DNA of 40,970 bases, filler included, from an uncultured virus (IMG/VR IMGVR_UViG_2049941000_000602) (Duplodnaviria; Heunggongvirae; Uroviricota; Caudoviricetes). It is 3 parts of one record of this genome, joined end to end, with 100 filler letters (N's around TTAATTAATTAA, not from the genome) between each part and the next. Parts side by side here need not be neighbours in the genome. Positions count along the whole stretch, not along the records: positions 18,435 to 40,970 come from IMGVR_UViG_2049941000_000602; 2 more parts are not named here. The stretch is one strand, 5' to 3'. The notes under the pieces are model-generated. The model was not told where the DNA came from and ran no database searches. It saw nothing but the letters and a program-made list of their open reading frames with translations. A program made the translations under genes and the position numbers. Below, piece by piece: positions 31,438 through 39,598 of this stretch. Within the stretch, counting starts at the first letter, position 1, and the number at the start of each line of letters is the position of its first letter.

Positions 31438-31615
31438 CGCTACGCCATATAAGCGCGAAATCCATCGCCTCGGCGATGGATTTTTTGTTGTGCTTCAATT
31501 TCCTGGTGTATTTCTTCCTGTCCCGTACCACGCGGGTACGCAGGGTCGTCCCGTTGGACGTCCCGGCAATCCGTTCCTGACGGAGCCGGGCGCTTTCTTT
31601 TGCTTTTTGTGCCAT
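31379..31615 (-). CDS. small basic protein, candidate ArfA/BrfA-like ribosome rescue factor
   Basis: GGAGG RBS; LRTRVVRDRKKYTRKLKH; reads through the hairpin. Confidence 0.5.
   Translation of the reverse strand: MAQKAKESARLRQERIAGTSNGTTLRTRVVRDRKKYTRKLKHNKKSIAEAMDFALIWRSARLLWRVLPRTSLQSSSAA
31458..31489 (+). terminator. intrinsic terminator, lying inside the minus-strand ORF
   Basis: aaatccatcgc-ctcg-gcgatggattt followed by tttgtt. Confidence 0.8.
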
Positions 31616-31634
31616 ATGGCCTCCGTTTTCGTTC

Positions 31635-31659
31635 AGTTTATGACAATATAGCATAAACT
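31635..31659. promoter_or_regulatory. divergent ATAAACT motifs plus a class I-like GCTATATTG on the minus strand
   Basis: agtttatgacaatatagcataaact. Confidence 0.6.
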
Positions 31660-31679
31660 ACCGATTGCAGGAGACCGAT

Positions 31680-32053
31680 ATGAACAGAAACCTTCTCGAA
31701 GCACTCATGACCGGATACAGGGCGATTCTTGAAGCCCAGGATGCGGGCATGAAGAAACTGGAGGCTTACCTCAACAAGAAGCGCGATACCGACATCAAGG
31801 ACGATGACGGTTACCTTACCACGGCGAAGAAGGCATACAACTATTTCGAGAACGCCCGCATGGTCGCCGACCACTGGGCCGTCCACTTCACAAGCGAGGA
31901 AGTCTATCCGAAAATCAAGAAGTCCGGGTTCTCCCACGGTACATCCGACCTAGACCACCTGGCATACACCTCGCAGTGTCCGGGAGGACGCACCAGGCAG
32001 GGATGGCTGTTCGCGTTGCCGGTCGATACAGCCTACTTGAAGCACTACGACAT
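31680..32053 (+). CDS. EA-motif protein, 3' partial
   Basis: AGGAG RBS; LLEALMTGYRAILEAQ; VHFTS...IKKSGF. Confidence 0.7.
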
Positions 32054-32063
32054 NNNNNNNNNN

Positions 32064-32314
32064 AGCTTTACCGAGAGCGGCGCGAAATTCTTACGAGACT
32101 ATTTGAAGTCCAGCCCCACACGGCAACATGGGATGGATTATTCAGCAAGCTCACTGAAATAAACAGCCGTCTTTCCATAGTCAGGTTCAATTACGATTTC
32201 ACCGAACAGTACAACGATATGGTCTTGACCACACGGCTATCCCGGATATTCCTGGTGCTATCCGGCATCATGTTCGCCGGATATATCCTACTAAAGGACC
32301 TTGGCCTCATATGA
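32064..32314 (+). CDS. 5' partial protein with a C-terminal hydrophobic helix
   Basis: IFLVLSGIMFAGYILL; ATGA overlap. Confidence 0.55.
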
Positions 32315-32757
32315 CGCTACAGCAATTTCAGCACATAATCTCCGAGAAGTTTCCCAACGCTGTATTTGAAACCTCCCGGTATCTCCCGGGAGTCACCTAT
32401 GTATCATTCGGAAAAAGCGCGTGCATAGCGACACTATCGTTCAAGGACAGGATGTGGGGTCTGACCGGGATTTTCATGCCTAACCCGAACGACCGGATTC
32501 CGCATATATCGTCCAACAGGCAGAAAGACCTGAAACTCATGGTGAACCTTCTTGGCGAATACGACTATCAGGTTCACCCGAATGCCGACCGAACAGTACG
32601 CCTGGCAACACCGATAGCGATGTGGATTGACGAGCTCGACCCGGAGGATACACCATGGAACGACAACAATGAATTGGCGGACTCCTACCTGGAACTAAAG
32701 GAACGCGGATTAACCGCACCCATCAGAGTAAAATTGGACTTTTTAAATAAAAAATAA
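32311..32757 (+). CDS. hypothetical protein
   Basis: 148 aa. Confidence 0.75.
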   Translation: MTLQQFQHIISEKFPNAVFETSRYLPGVTYVSFGKSACIATLSFKDRMWGLTGIFMPNPNDRIPHISSNRQKDLKLMVNLLGEYDYQVHPNADRTVRLATPIAMWIDELDPEDTPWNDNNELADSYLELKERGLTAPIRVKLDFLNKK

Positions 32758-32781
32758 CAATCTCCAACCAAAAGGAAAATC

Positions 32782-33306
32782 ATGATAGATGCTGACCGAC
32801 TAATAGAGAATATCGACGAATACCATACCGCATGCGCGAAGAAAAAGCTAGAACAGAGCAAGACGGCGGTCGAACAGTTCGACTGTGCAATCAAGGTGTT
32901 CGAAGCTCATCGAGCTGACATTGAAAACGCCGGAAAGGTATTGAAACACTGGGGAATGCGTGTATTCCCGGTAAAGATATATCAACAGTACATGTATGGC
33001 GACCAGCCACAACGTGCCGAATTCAGGTATAACGAACTGGACGGAGGAAGGCTTGTATGCGGATATACGACCGGTATTGGCTCCACAATAGGATGGCTGT
33101 CAGATGGTTCAATTAAGATAGGATATAATTGGTCGATGAAGATAGATACTGTCCGCGAAGGCATTCTGCATGTACTTAATGACAAGGTTGTTGAAGGAAG
33201 CGATATCACCTTCAAACAACTCGTGGATGCATTGGTCAAGCTGGCCACTCTTTACCCGGAAGCGGAAAAGGCCTTTATCAACTATTTCGAAACGCTTGGA
33301 AAGTAG
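32782..33306 (+). CDS. hypothetical protein flanked by duplicated gene tails
   Basis: AAGGA RBS, 174 aa, visibly more AT-rich. Confidence 0.75.
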   Translation: MIDADRLIENIDEYHTACAKKKLEQSKTAVEQFDCAIKVFEAHRADIENAGKVLKHWGMRVFPVKIYQQYMYGDQPQRAEFRYNELDGGRLVCGYTTGIGSTIGWLSDGSIKIGYNWSMKIDTVREGILHVLNDKVVEGSDITFKQLVDALVKLATLYPEAEKAFINYFETLGK

Positions 33307-33326
33307 GAACCGTAATTCCCACTGAG

Positions 33327-33382
33327 CCTGGAACTAAAGGAACGCGGGTTGACCGCACCGGTCAAGGTCAAACTGAACTTTT
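33327..33382 (+). repeat. diverged copy of the 3' end of gene 32311-32757
   Basis: 47/56 identical to 32688-32743; no N gap. Confidence 0.9.
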
Positions 33383-33392
33383 AAGGTTACAT

Positions 33393-33566
33393 ATGGATAT
33401 AATCGGCAACATGCTGCATATGCAGGAAGAACTCAACCCAAAAGAACGGAAACCCGGACCTCCTGTGCACTGGTCGTACTATGTCGACCCGAAAGACCCT
33501 GACTACATAGATGCATGCAAACGAATGGATTCGCTAATTGCCGAAAGCCAATGGGATTGCATATAG
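33393..33566 (+). CDS. 57-aa hypothetical protein
   Basis: TAAGG RBS; MDIIGNMLHMQEEL...WDCI; precedes the terminator. Confidence 0.6.
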   Translation: MDIIGNMLHMQEELNPKERKPGPPVHWSYYVDPKDPDYIDACKRMDSLIAESQWDCI

Positions 33567-33600
33567 CAAATGCAGCTTGGACTTTTATATACAAATAATA

Positions 33601-33627
33601 AAAGCCCCGGGAAATTCCCGGGGCTTT
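33601..33627. terminator. bidirectional terminator
   Basis: aaagccccggga-aat-tcccggggcttt between convergent operons. Confidence 0.85.
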
Positions 33628-33654
33628 CTCTTTCATGACTATAGAGCACCGCCC

Positions 33655-34863
33655 TTATTCACACATTTCCATTGTGCCGGGCGCAAAAATCTCGCTCAGT
33701 ATGGCATTCCCTTCTGTGTCGATTCCGTATATGAAGTTCCACCACTGCGCATCTACCCCGGTGCTTCTCCAGTCGCTGGCGCACCCGTAACTGCTCTGGT
33801 TTTCGGTATTGTGCTCGACCGCTTCCGGGGACATCTCCTTCACCCGCTTCCTGACCGACTCGTATACCGCGGTATCAATCTTTACCTTCCCTATAGTGAG
33901 GCCGCCTTCCTTCTTGATGACCAGGGTAGACCAGTCAAAATACGGGCGGTTTACCGAGAGTGCTTCTATGGTGCTCATGTGGGCACGCGATTCAAACTTG
34001 CTGACAATATCGAATATGCTGTCCCTGTCCTTGAGGCCCCTCTTCCAGTCTAGGTTAATGTACGCCTCCAGCGTGGCAAGCGACTCGGAAACGTGCAGCG
34101 GGTCCCTCGCACATTCCTCTATCGCCTTGCCGAACAGGTCGGTGATTCGGGTAAACCTTTCTATGAACATGGCCTTCCGTTCCCTTGCCTTGTCGGTACG
34201 GTGCTCGTACGCCTCGAGCAGGTCGGCGACTATACGGTTCACGACGCTGATGTCGGGGGATTTGCCGTCCATGCCGAGCCTTCCCCTGGCTTCGCCGATT
34301 TCCACCCATTGCCCGCCCCGCACGTAGTCGTCCTCAATCGTATAGCCCAATTTCACCGTTACCTTGTCGTTGTAGAACGATATCAGCTCGCTCCTGTATT
34401 CATGGTTACGGATTTCGTCCGGTAGGTCCGCGATGTTGGCTACGCTTATGGCCCCGTTGATATCGGAACGCACCGCGTCGAACCACGGCTGCTCCAGGCA
34501 TTCCATCTTGAGCCGGAGGAACCTGGAGTATTCCTTCACCGCATCAGACTTGGTCTTCATCTTAGTTGTGCGTTCCTCGATTATCTCGTCGGTCAGCACG
34601 GCGCCGGTATAGGTGATTTCACCGAGATGCCACCCCTTGGATGCAAGGTAGCGTTTGGCGGACTCTATTGCCGTTTCGATTTTTTCATCTTCGACAAAAT
34701 GTGCCTGTCCGGACCCGTCGCACCAACTGATGGCGAAGCCAAACCGGCAGAAGGACACGTTGTCTCCAGGGCAATGCTTATTATCAACGTCATTGTAAAT
34801 CTTTGCCCTGGCCTCGATTAGGTCATGCGGCATCATGCCGGCGAATGTCGAGAACTTTCTCAT
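33655..34863 (-). CDS. hypothetical protein
   Basis: 402 aa, AAGGAG RBS. Confidence 0.8.
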   Translation of the reverse strand: MRKFSTFAGMMPHDLIEARAKIYNDVDNKHCPGDNVSFCRFGFAISWCDGSGQAHFVEDEKIETAIESAKRYLASKGWHLGEITYTGAVLTDEIIEERTTKMKTKSDAVKEYSRFLRLKMECLEQPWFDAVRSDINGAISVANIADLPDEIRNHEYRSELISFYNDKVTVKLGYTIEDDYVRGGQWVEIGEARGRLGMDGKSPDISVVNRIVADLLEAYEHRTDKARERKAMFIERFTRITDLFGKAIEECARDPLHVSESLATLEAYINLDWKRGLKDRDSIFDIVSKFESRAHMSTIEALSVNRPYFDWSTLVIKKEGGLTIGKVKIDTAVYESVRKRVKEMSPEAVEHNTENQSSYGCASDWRSTGVDAQWWNFIYGIDTEGNAILSEIFAPGTMEMCE

Positions 34864-34873
34864 TTGTGCTCCT

Positions 34874-35323
34874 TTATACTTTATTTAAGCGGCATGCTTG
34901 ATGAAACTGTTTAACCACGGCGTCATACCCGTAGGCAGCCAAGTCGTTGCCTAGTTTCTTGTTGAATAGCTTGATTTGTTTCCTCGCGATAACCAGCTGC
35001 TTCAGGAAATTGATGACCCGAAGTAGCGGGACACGCATGCTTTCCAGGCTGGTAAACCATTCGCCGATATGGACAGCGCCGCAGTCGCTATCATCTTCCC
35101 GGAAATCGCCATCAGAATCCAGCTTCATCTTAAACTCTTCGTTCAGGTATATGCTATCCGGCCCACCCTTGTCATTGTCGTCATAGCTGAACACCGTAAC
35201 TCCCGGCAGGTCCTTCATTACTACGGAATAGTCGGTTATTTCGTGATAATACTTATTGCGGGCGTGAACAATCTTCAATTCAGGGAATTGCGCAACGAAT
35301 TCAGCAATCGAATCAATGGTCAT
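34874..35323 (-). CDS. hypothetical protein
   Basis: 149 aa, TAAGGAG RBS. Confidence 0.8.
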   Translation of the reverse strand: MTIDSIAEFVAQFPELKIVHARNKYYHEITDYSVVMKDLPGVTVFSYDDNDKGGPDSIYLNEEFKMKLDSDGDFREDDSDCGAVHIGEWFTSLESMRVPLLRVINFLKQLVIARKQIKLFNKKLGNDLAAYGYDAVVKQFHQACRLNKV

Positions 35324-35325
35324 GC

Positions 35326-35889
35326 TTACTCCTTATCCGGCGTCCATTTGATTTTCGTGCAAAGCGCACGGTAGCTAGCGTTAATATCGGCCACATTCCC
35401 GGCCAAGTCTTTCATCATGTCCTTCTTAGTTACCTTAATGACATCCTCGGCATATAAGGTAAGATACACTATGCTGTCCTTGGCTTTTGCATTGGTTATT
35501 CTTGCGTCTCCATCTCCAGTCTCAACCATAATATCATAGTGAGTCGGGAACACGAGCTGGCCAGGACACAGTGCCGTATTAGTTGCAGTCCCCCTATCTG
35601 GCTCATCTATGGTGACAACATGGATATAAGTACCATCGGCAATAAACAGCCATTTTCCGGCAAACTTCTTTTTAGCGTCGTCAATCAGCTGCTTGCGTTC
35701 TTTCTTAGCTTTCCGGCGAGCCAGTCGTTCCCGCCTGTATTCCGGGTCGAACCGTTCCATCTTGCGCTGTTCCAGTACCCTGCGTCGTTCGATAAGCTTC
35801 GAATGCTCCTTGCCTATCGACTCGATGTAACCGTCCAGTGTCTGCAGCTCGCGGTCGAAGTCCGCTTCTGTCTTCAGGTGTTTTGCCAT
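35326..35889 (-). CDS. hypothetical protein with N-terminal coiled-coil-like region
   Basis: 187 aa, GGAG RBS. Confidence 0.8.
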   Translation of the reverse strand: MAKHLKTEADFDRELQTLDGYIESIGKEHSKLIERRRVLEQRKMERFDPEYRRERLARRKAKKERKQLIDDAKKKFAGKWLFIADGTYIHVVTIDEPDRGTATNTALCPGQLVFPTHYDIMVETGDGDARITNAKAKDSIVYLTLYAEDVIKVTKKDMMKDLAGNVADINASYRALCTKIKWTPDKE

Positions 35890-35900
35890 ATGTTCTCCAG

Positions 35901-36251
35901 TTAATGTCGATTACCAGTCACTGAATTTCCGGCACTAAAGTCTATCCCGTCCACCGTACCGATTAGGTAATACCGCACACTCAGCAGGATTTCTTCCGGT
36001 GACTTGCCGAAGTCAAACAATTCGCTGAACATGTCAGATATGATACGGGCAAATCCCCGTATCGCAACCTTCTCTTCGTCAGGCTTCAGAATCGCGATGG
36101 TTCCATCAATGAGCCCGTTGAAAAATCCAACAGCGAATTCCAATATCTCCTGCGATGTCTTTCCTTCCGACTTCATACAGTCATATTGGTCAAGCATATC
36201 CTCGGCAAATTCTCGGATGGTATTGGGTAATACTGAGTTAGCCATTTGCAT
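35901..36251 (-). CDS. hypothetical protein with an internal duplication
   Basis: GKTSQEIL...GLIDG and GKSPEEIL...GTVDG. Confidence 0.75.
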   Translation of the reverse strand: MQMANSVLPNTIREFAEDMLDQYDCMKSEGKTSQEILEFAVGFFNGLIDGTIAILKPDEEKVAIRGFARIISDMFSELFDFGKSPEEILLSVRYYLIGTVDGIDFSAGNSVTGNRH

Positions 36252-36693
36252 TCTCCTCTGTTCTATCAGTTACGTTTTCTATAATTTTCTTGAGAGTATC
36301 CACTGTAGCCTGTTCTTTAGCAATCTGCTCGTTGACACGCTCGATAACCTTGTTAGCCTCGTCCACAATAAAGGGCGGCTCGACTACCATCCAGCCGTCG
36401 TCCATGATTCCAATCAGCACTACGGTCATTGGACCATAGTATGCACTGCGGCACTTGATGTCAAACGCAGCCTTTGCCCGCATCCCGTATGCCATGTACT
36501 GCCTAATCCTTGGGGGGATGAACCGGTGATACTTGTAGGCGTCCGGCCCGTCATAGAACCCGTACTTGCACTCTATCACTTCGTCCACCAGAAACAACTG
36601 CTCACGCTTCTCGTTGTAAATCCACTTCCCGGCATACTTACGGTTTGCCTCGTCGCGCCACTTCTCGTACTGCTCTTTTCCCGGTTTCTCCAT
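36238..36693 (-). CDS. hypothetical protein
   Basis: 151 aa, GAGG RBS. Confidence 0.75.
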   Translation of the reverse strand: MEKPGKEQYEKWRDEANRKYAGKWIYNEKREQLFLVDEVIECKYGFYDGPDAYKYHRFIPPRIRQYMAYGMRAKAAFDIKCRSAYYGPMTVVLIGIMDDGWMVVEPPFIVDEANKVIERVNEQIAKEQATVDTLKKIIENVTDRTEENANG

Positions 36694-36694
36694 A

Positions 36695-37579
36695 CTAATA
36701 CCTCTTTATTAACAGCGAATCGTCCGACCACCCACCGGTCAAGCGACCGTCGGCGTGGAGTACGAAGTTACGGATGTACTGGTGCTCGCTCTCGTATTTC
36801 TGCTCAAGCACGGCATCTACCTCGCGGTATTCCACATTCAAGTCCGCGGATTCCACATACCCGTGCATGCACCGGCACTTGGTAGATTCCTTGCGTCCGT
36901 CAATCATCGTGCCGAATATATCGCGAAACCCGGCATTATCCTGGTCGAAATAGTTACGACGGAACAGCACGCTGGAAAACTCATTCTCGGAGGCCATGTC
37001 GATATACCTGTGTATCCATTCGGGGTCAACGGAATGTCCGAGCGTACAGTTCAGCCTGAACCGGCGATACGTATTATGAAGCATATTAAGCAGCCTGGCC
37101 ACTTCCTGGATTCCCGGGATGAACGCGTCATGGAACACGGCACGGTTCCCGTCGTCGTCCCAGTGATGCCTGCTCACGTTGATGTATTTAAGCTTCTCGG
37201 TATTATCGAGGTACATCATGTTCTCCGATAGATACCTGCCGTTCGTAGTGATGGCATAGTAGTCCACGCCACTGCTCTCAAGAGCATTCAGATAGTTGAA
37301 CGTGTAAAAGTGCGGGACGGACAGCGGTTCGCCTCCGGTAATCGACACTCGGTCGACTGCTCCCTGCTTTACCAGCTCGGTTAGCACTTCCTCGAACACT
37401 TTCGGGTTCAGGAACGTATGCCCCCTGGACGAAGCCGAGCAGAAATCGCAGCATGCGTTGCACTGGTCTGTAACCTCGACATACAGGGTGCGCTTGTCGG
37501 AGTTCGACGAGCAGCAAGACCCTGTGTATACCGGGTACTCCTTGCCGAACAGCATAATGGGCACTGTTTTAACTTTCAT
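36695..37579 (-). CDS. radical SAM protein (leaderless)
   Basis: CNACCDFC (CxxxCxxC), SITGGEP, ITTNG, INVSRH. Confidence 0.92.
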   Translation of the reverse strand: MKVKTVPIMLFGKEYPVYTGSCCSSNSDKRTLYVEVTDQCNACCDFCSASSRGHTFLNPKVFEEVLTELVKQGAVDRVSITGGEPLSVPHFYTFNYLNALESSGVDYYAITTNGRYLSENMMYLDNTEKLKYINVSRHHWDDDGNRAVFHDAFIPGIQEVARLLNMLHNTYRRFRLNCTLGHSVDPEWIHRYIDMASENEFSSVLFRRNYFDQDNAGFRDIFGTMIDGRKESTKCRCMHGYVESADLNVEYREVDAVLEQKYESEHQYIRNFVLHADGRLTGGWSDDSLLIKRY

Positions 37580-37634
37580 GACCCAAATATAGCAATTTCC
37601 CGCCGAGCCTGAGCATTTTTGCTATATTTGGGAC
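37580..37634. promoter_or_regulatory. divergent class I promoters, both leaderless
   Basis: Each TATATTTG lies 4 nt from an ATG (37579-, 37635+). Confidence 0.85.
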
Positions 37635-38403
37635 ATGAAGAAACAGGAACTGTTCACAGCACCCCCAGAAATAGCCGCCCGTCTTCTCCGGTACAAGCAT
37701 ACCGAGGACGACGACCCGACACTCTACTACAACCCGGGCGGAAAGAGGGACCGCATNNNNNNNNNNNNNNNNNNNNNNNNNNNNNNNNNNNNNNNNNNNN
37801 NNNNNNNNNNNNNNNNNNNNNNNNNNNNNNNNNNNNNNNNNNNAGGAGCTCCAGGGAAAGCTCATCCGCGTAGATGACGACAACCCGTCCTTCGACGAGG
37901 TGGAACACCTGGCCGAGGCAATCGCACAACAGTGCAGGACCCCTGATTCCGCGCCGGTATTCCAGCTGACCAAGGAACAGATATACGCCGAAATCGTCCA
38001 GGAACTCACCCCGCTTGTCACGGAGGAACTCATAGGCAAGTACCTCTGCCACAAGTCAGGGGCCTACGAATTCACATACTTCAAGTGCGACCGTATAGAC
38101 GTCCGCGTAGGCATGTACAACAGACTGGAAATCCTTGCCGGGGGCCGGGGATTCACCATCGACGCCACCCCGGTATCCTCCAGCTTCCGCGGGCAAGTAT
38201 TTCCGACATTCAAGGTGTCCCTCCTCGACGTGAAGGACCTGTTGCTCACCGGTAAGTACGAGTACATGAAGAAGTGGCTCTACGTACTCTCCGAAGACGA
38301 ATACAGGAAGCAGTTCGAAAAGGCCGTGGCCGGAATCGCGAAAAACATCGGCATAGTCCAAGAAGAAACAGAACAGGACGGGCAAACCCATTTTGGCGCA
38401 TGA
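37635..38403 (+). CDS. hypothetical protein(s), gapped
   Basis: Open frames 37635-37756 and 37844-38403. Confidence 0.6.
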
Positions 38404-38456
38404 ATCCGCCGGGACGGCTCGTCCATTCTATCGTCGTACCGCCCGTTCACTATACC

Positions 38457-39194
38457 TTAATCGAATCCCAATTCCTTCCATCCGTCCACCGGGATATCAT
38501 CGCTATCGCCGCAATCATAGAAGCACCCCAGAACCGTACTAGGAGGATTGTCCTGCGTTGTCATCTGCAGCCACAGGGCATATGCGCCCGTCGTCACGCT
38601 CGTGCAGAATGAGAAGGCATCCCCAACATCAACCATCTTCCCGGTATTGAATAGAGGGATTGCGCTCAAGCTTGAACAATAGGAACACATGGAATTTATT
38701 GTAGTCACGGAACCGGTGTCGAATAGTGCAATTTCGCGCAACTTGGAATCCGACATAAAGAGGGTGCTCATATTAGTGACACCGGTTGTATTAGCACCAA
38801 GTACTGCCAGCAATTCCTTATGCGACGTGGATGTGGCGCTGTTTGTAGCCAATAGGCCACCCCAATTAGTATTTTCGTATGTCAAGTCCCATACGTTGGG
38901 CGATTCCGATACCTGCGTTGCATTACCTTTATGGAATGCCGGCGTATGCCCATCACTGTATTGCAGCCTGATGGTATACGGAGGCAGTCCCAGCGGATTG
39001 AGCGGGTCAACCGGTTCGGGCTCAGGCTCCGGTTCTGGCTCAGGTTCCGGTTCAGGTTCCGGCTCGGGTTCAGGCTCAATTTTACCATCCGCCGACTGTT
39101 CCCGTTTATTGCGTTCGATTTCGGCGATGATTTCGTCCGGCTGCATCAGGTTTCCGTCTGCGTCGAACGCGAATGCATTCAAAAAGCTTGCCAT
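38457..39194 (-). CDS. PE-linker protein with BspA/DUF285-like surface repeats
   Basis: (EP)x10 linker; repeats NTTGVTNMSTLF, DTGSVTTINSMC, NTGKMVDVGDAF. Confidence 0.75.
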   Translation of the reverse strand: MASFLNAFAFDADGNLMQPDEIIAEIERNKREQSADGKIEPEPEPEPEPEPEPEPEPEPEPVDPLNPLGLPPYTIRLQYSDGHTPAFHKGNATQVSESPNVWDLTYENTNWGGLLATNSATSTSHKELLAVLGANTTGVTNMSTLFMSDSKLREIALFDTGSVTTINSMCSYCSSLSAIPLFNTGKMVDVGDAFSFCTSVTTGAYALWLQMTTQDNPPSTVLGCFYDCGDSDDIPVDGWKELGFD

Positions 39195-39220
39195 ACAGTA
39201 ATTCCTTCAATTGAAACGAA

Positions 39221-39284
39221 GTTTATGACGGACGGATAGCGCAGCAACCCTGATTGCCAGGAAAATTACTATATTTGGTGCATG
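39221..39284. promoter_or_regulatory. class II ATAAAC (-) and class I ACTATATTTG (+)
   Basis: gtttat 39221-39226; tatatttg 39270-39277, ATG 39282. Confidence 0.65.
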
Positions 39285-39324
39285 CGCATCAAGCACGAAG
39301 AAACAGACCAGGAAGGACCATCCC

Positions 39325-39597
39325 ATGACGACAAATGCACCGTTTAGCATAATAAAGAAGCTGCTCTTCCCGAAGAAGGCATCCCCTGCACCGCCCAAGG
39401 CAAATTCTCCAGGCATTAAACTCGTGTCGAAAGAAAATCCGGAATTCAACCGTGCACTTGACGAGGCAATGAACAGGCACAGTCCTTTCGACGACCTGTC
39501 CGAAGAATACACGTTCCAGGCCGGCTTCGGCGAAGGCTTCAATGCAGGCCTTCAGTATGCAAAAAGTCTCCTGGACAGCATGACAAAGGAGAACTAA
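39325..39597 (+). CDS. hypothetical protein
   Basis: 90 aa, AAGGA RBS. Confidence 0.7.
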   Translation: MTTNAPFSIIKKLLFPKKASPAPPKANSPGIKLVSKENPEFNRALDEAMNRHSPFDDLSEEYTFQAGFGEGFNAGLQYAKSLLDSMTKEN

Positions 39598-39598
39598 A

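Noticed and set aside
39011..39078. CRISPR or DNA-level tandem repeat
   Set aside because: Degenerate 6-nt period encoding a Pro-Glu linker; no spacers
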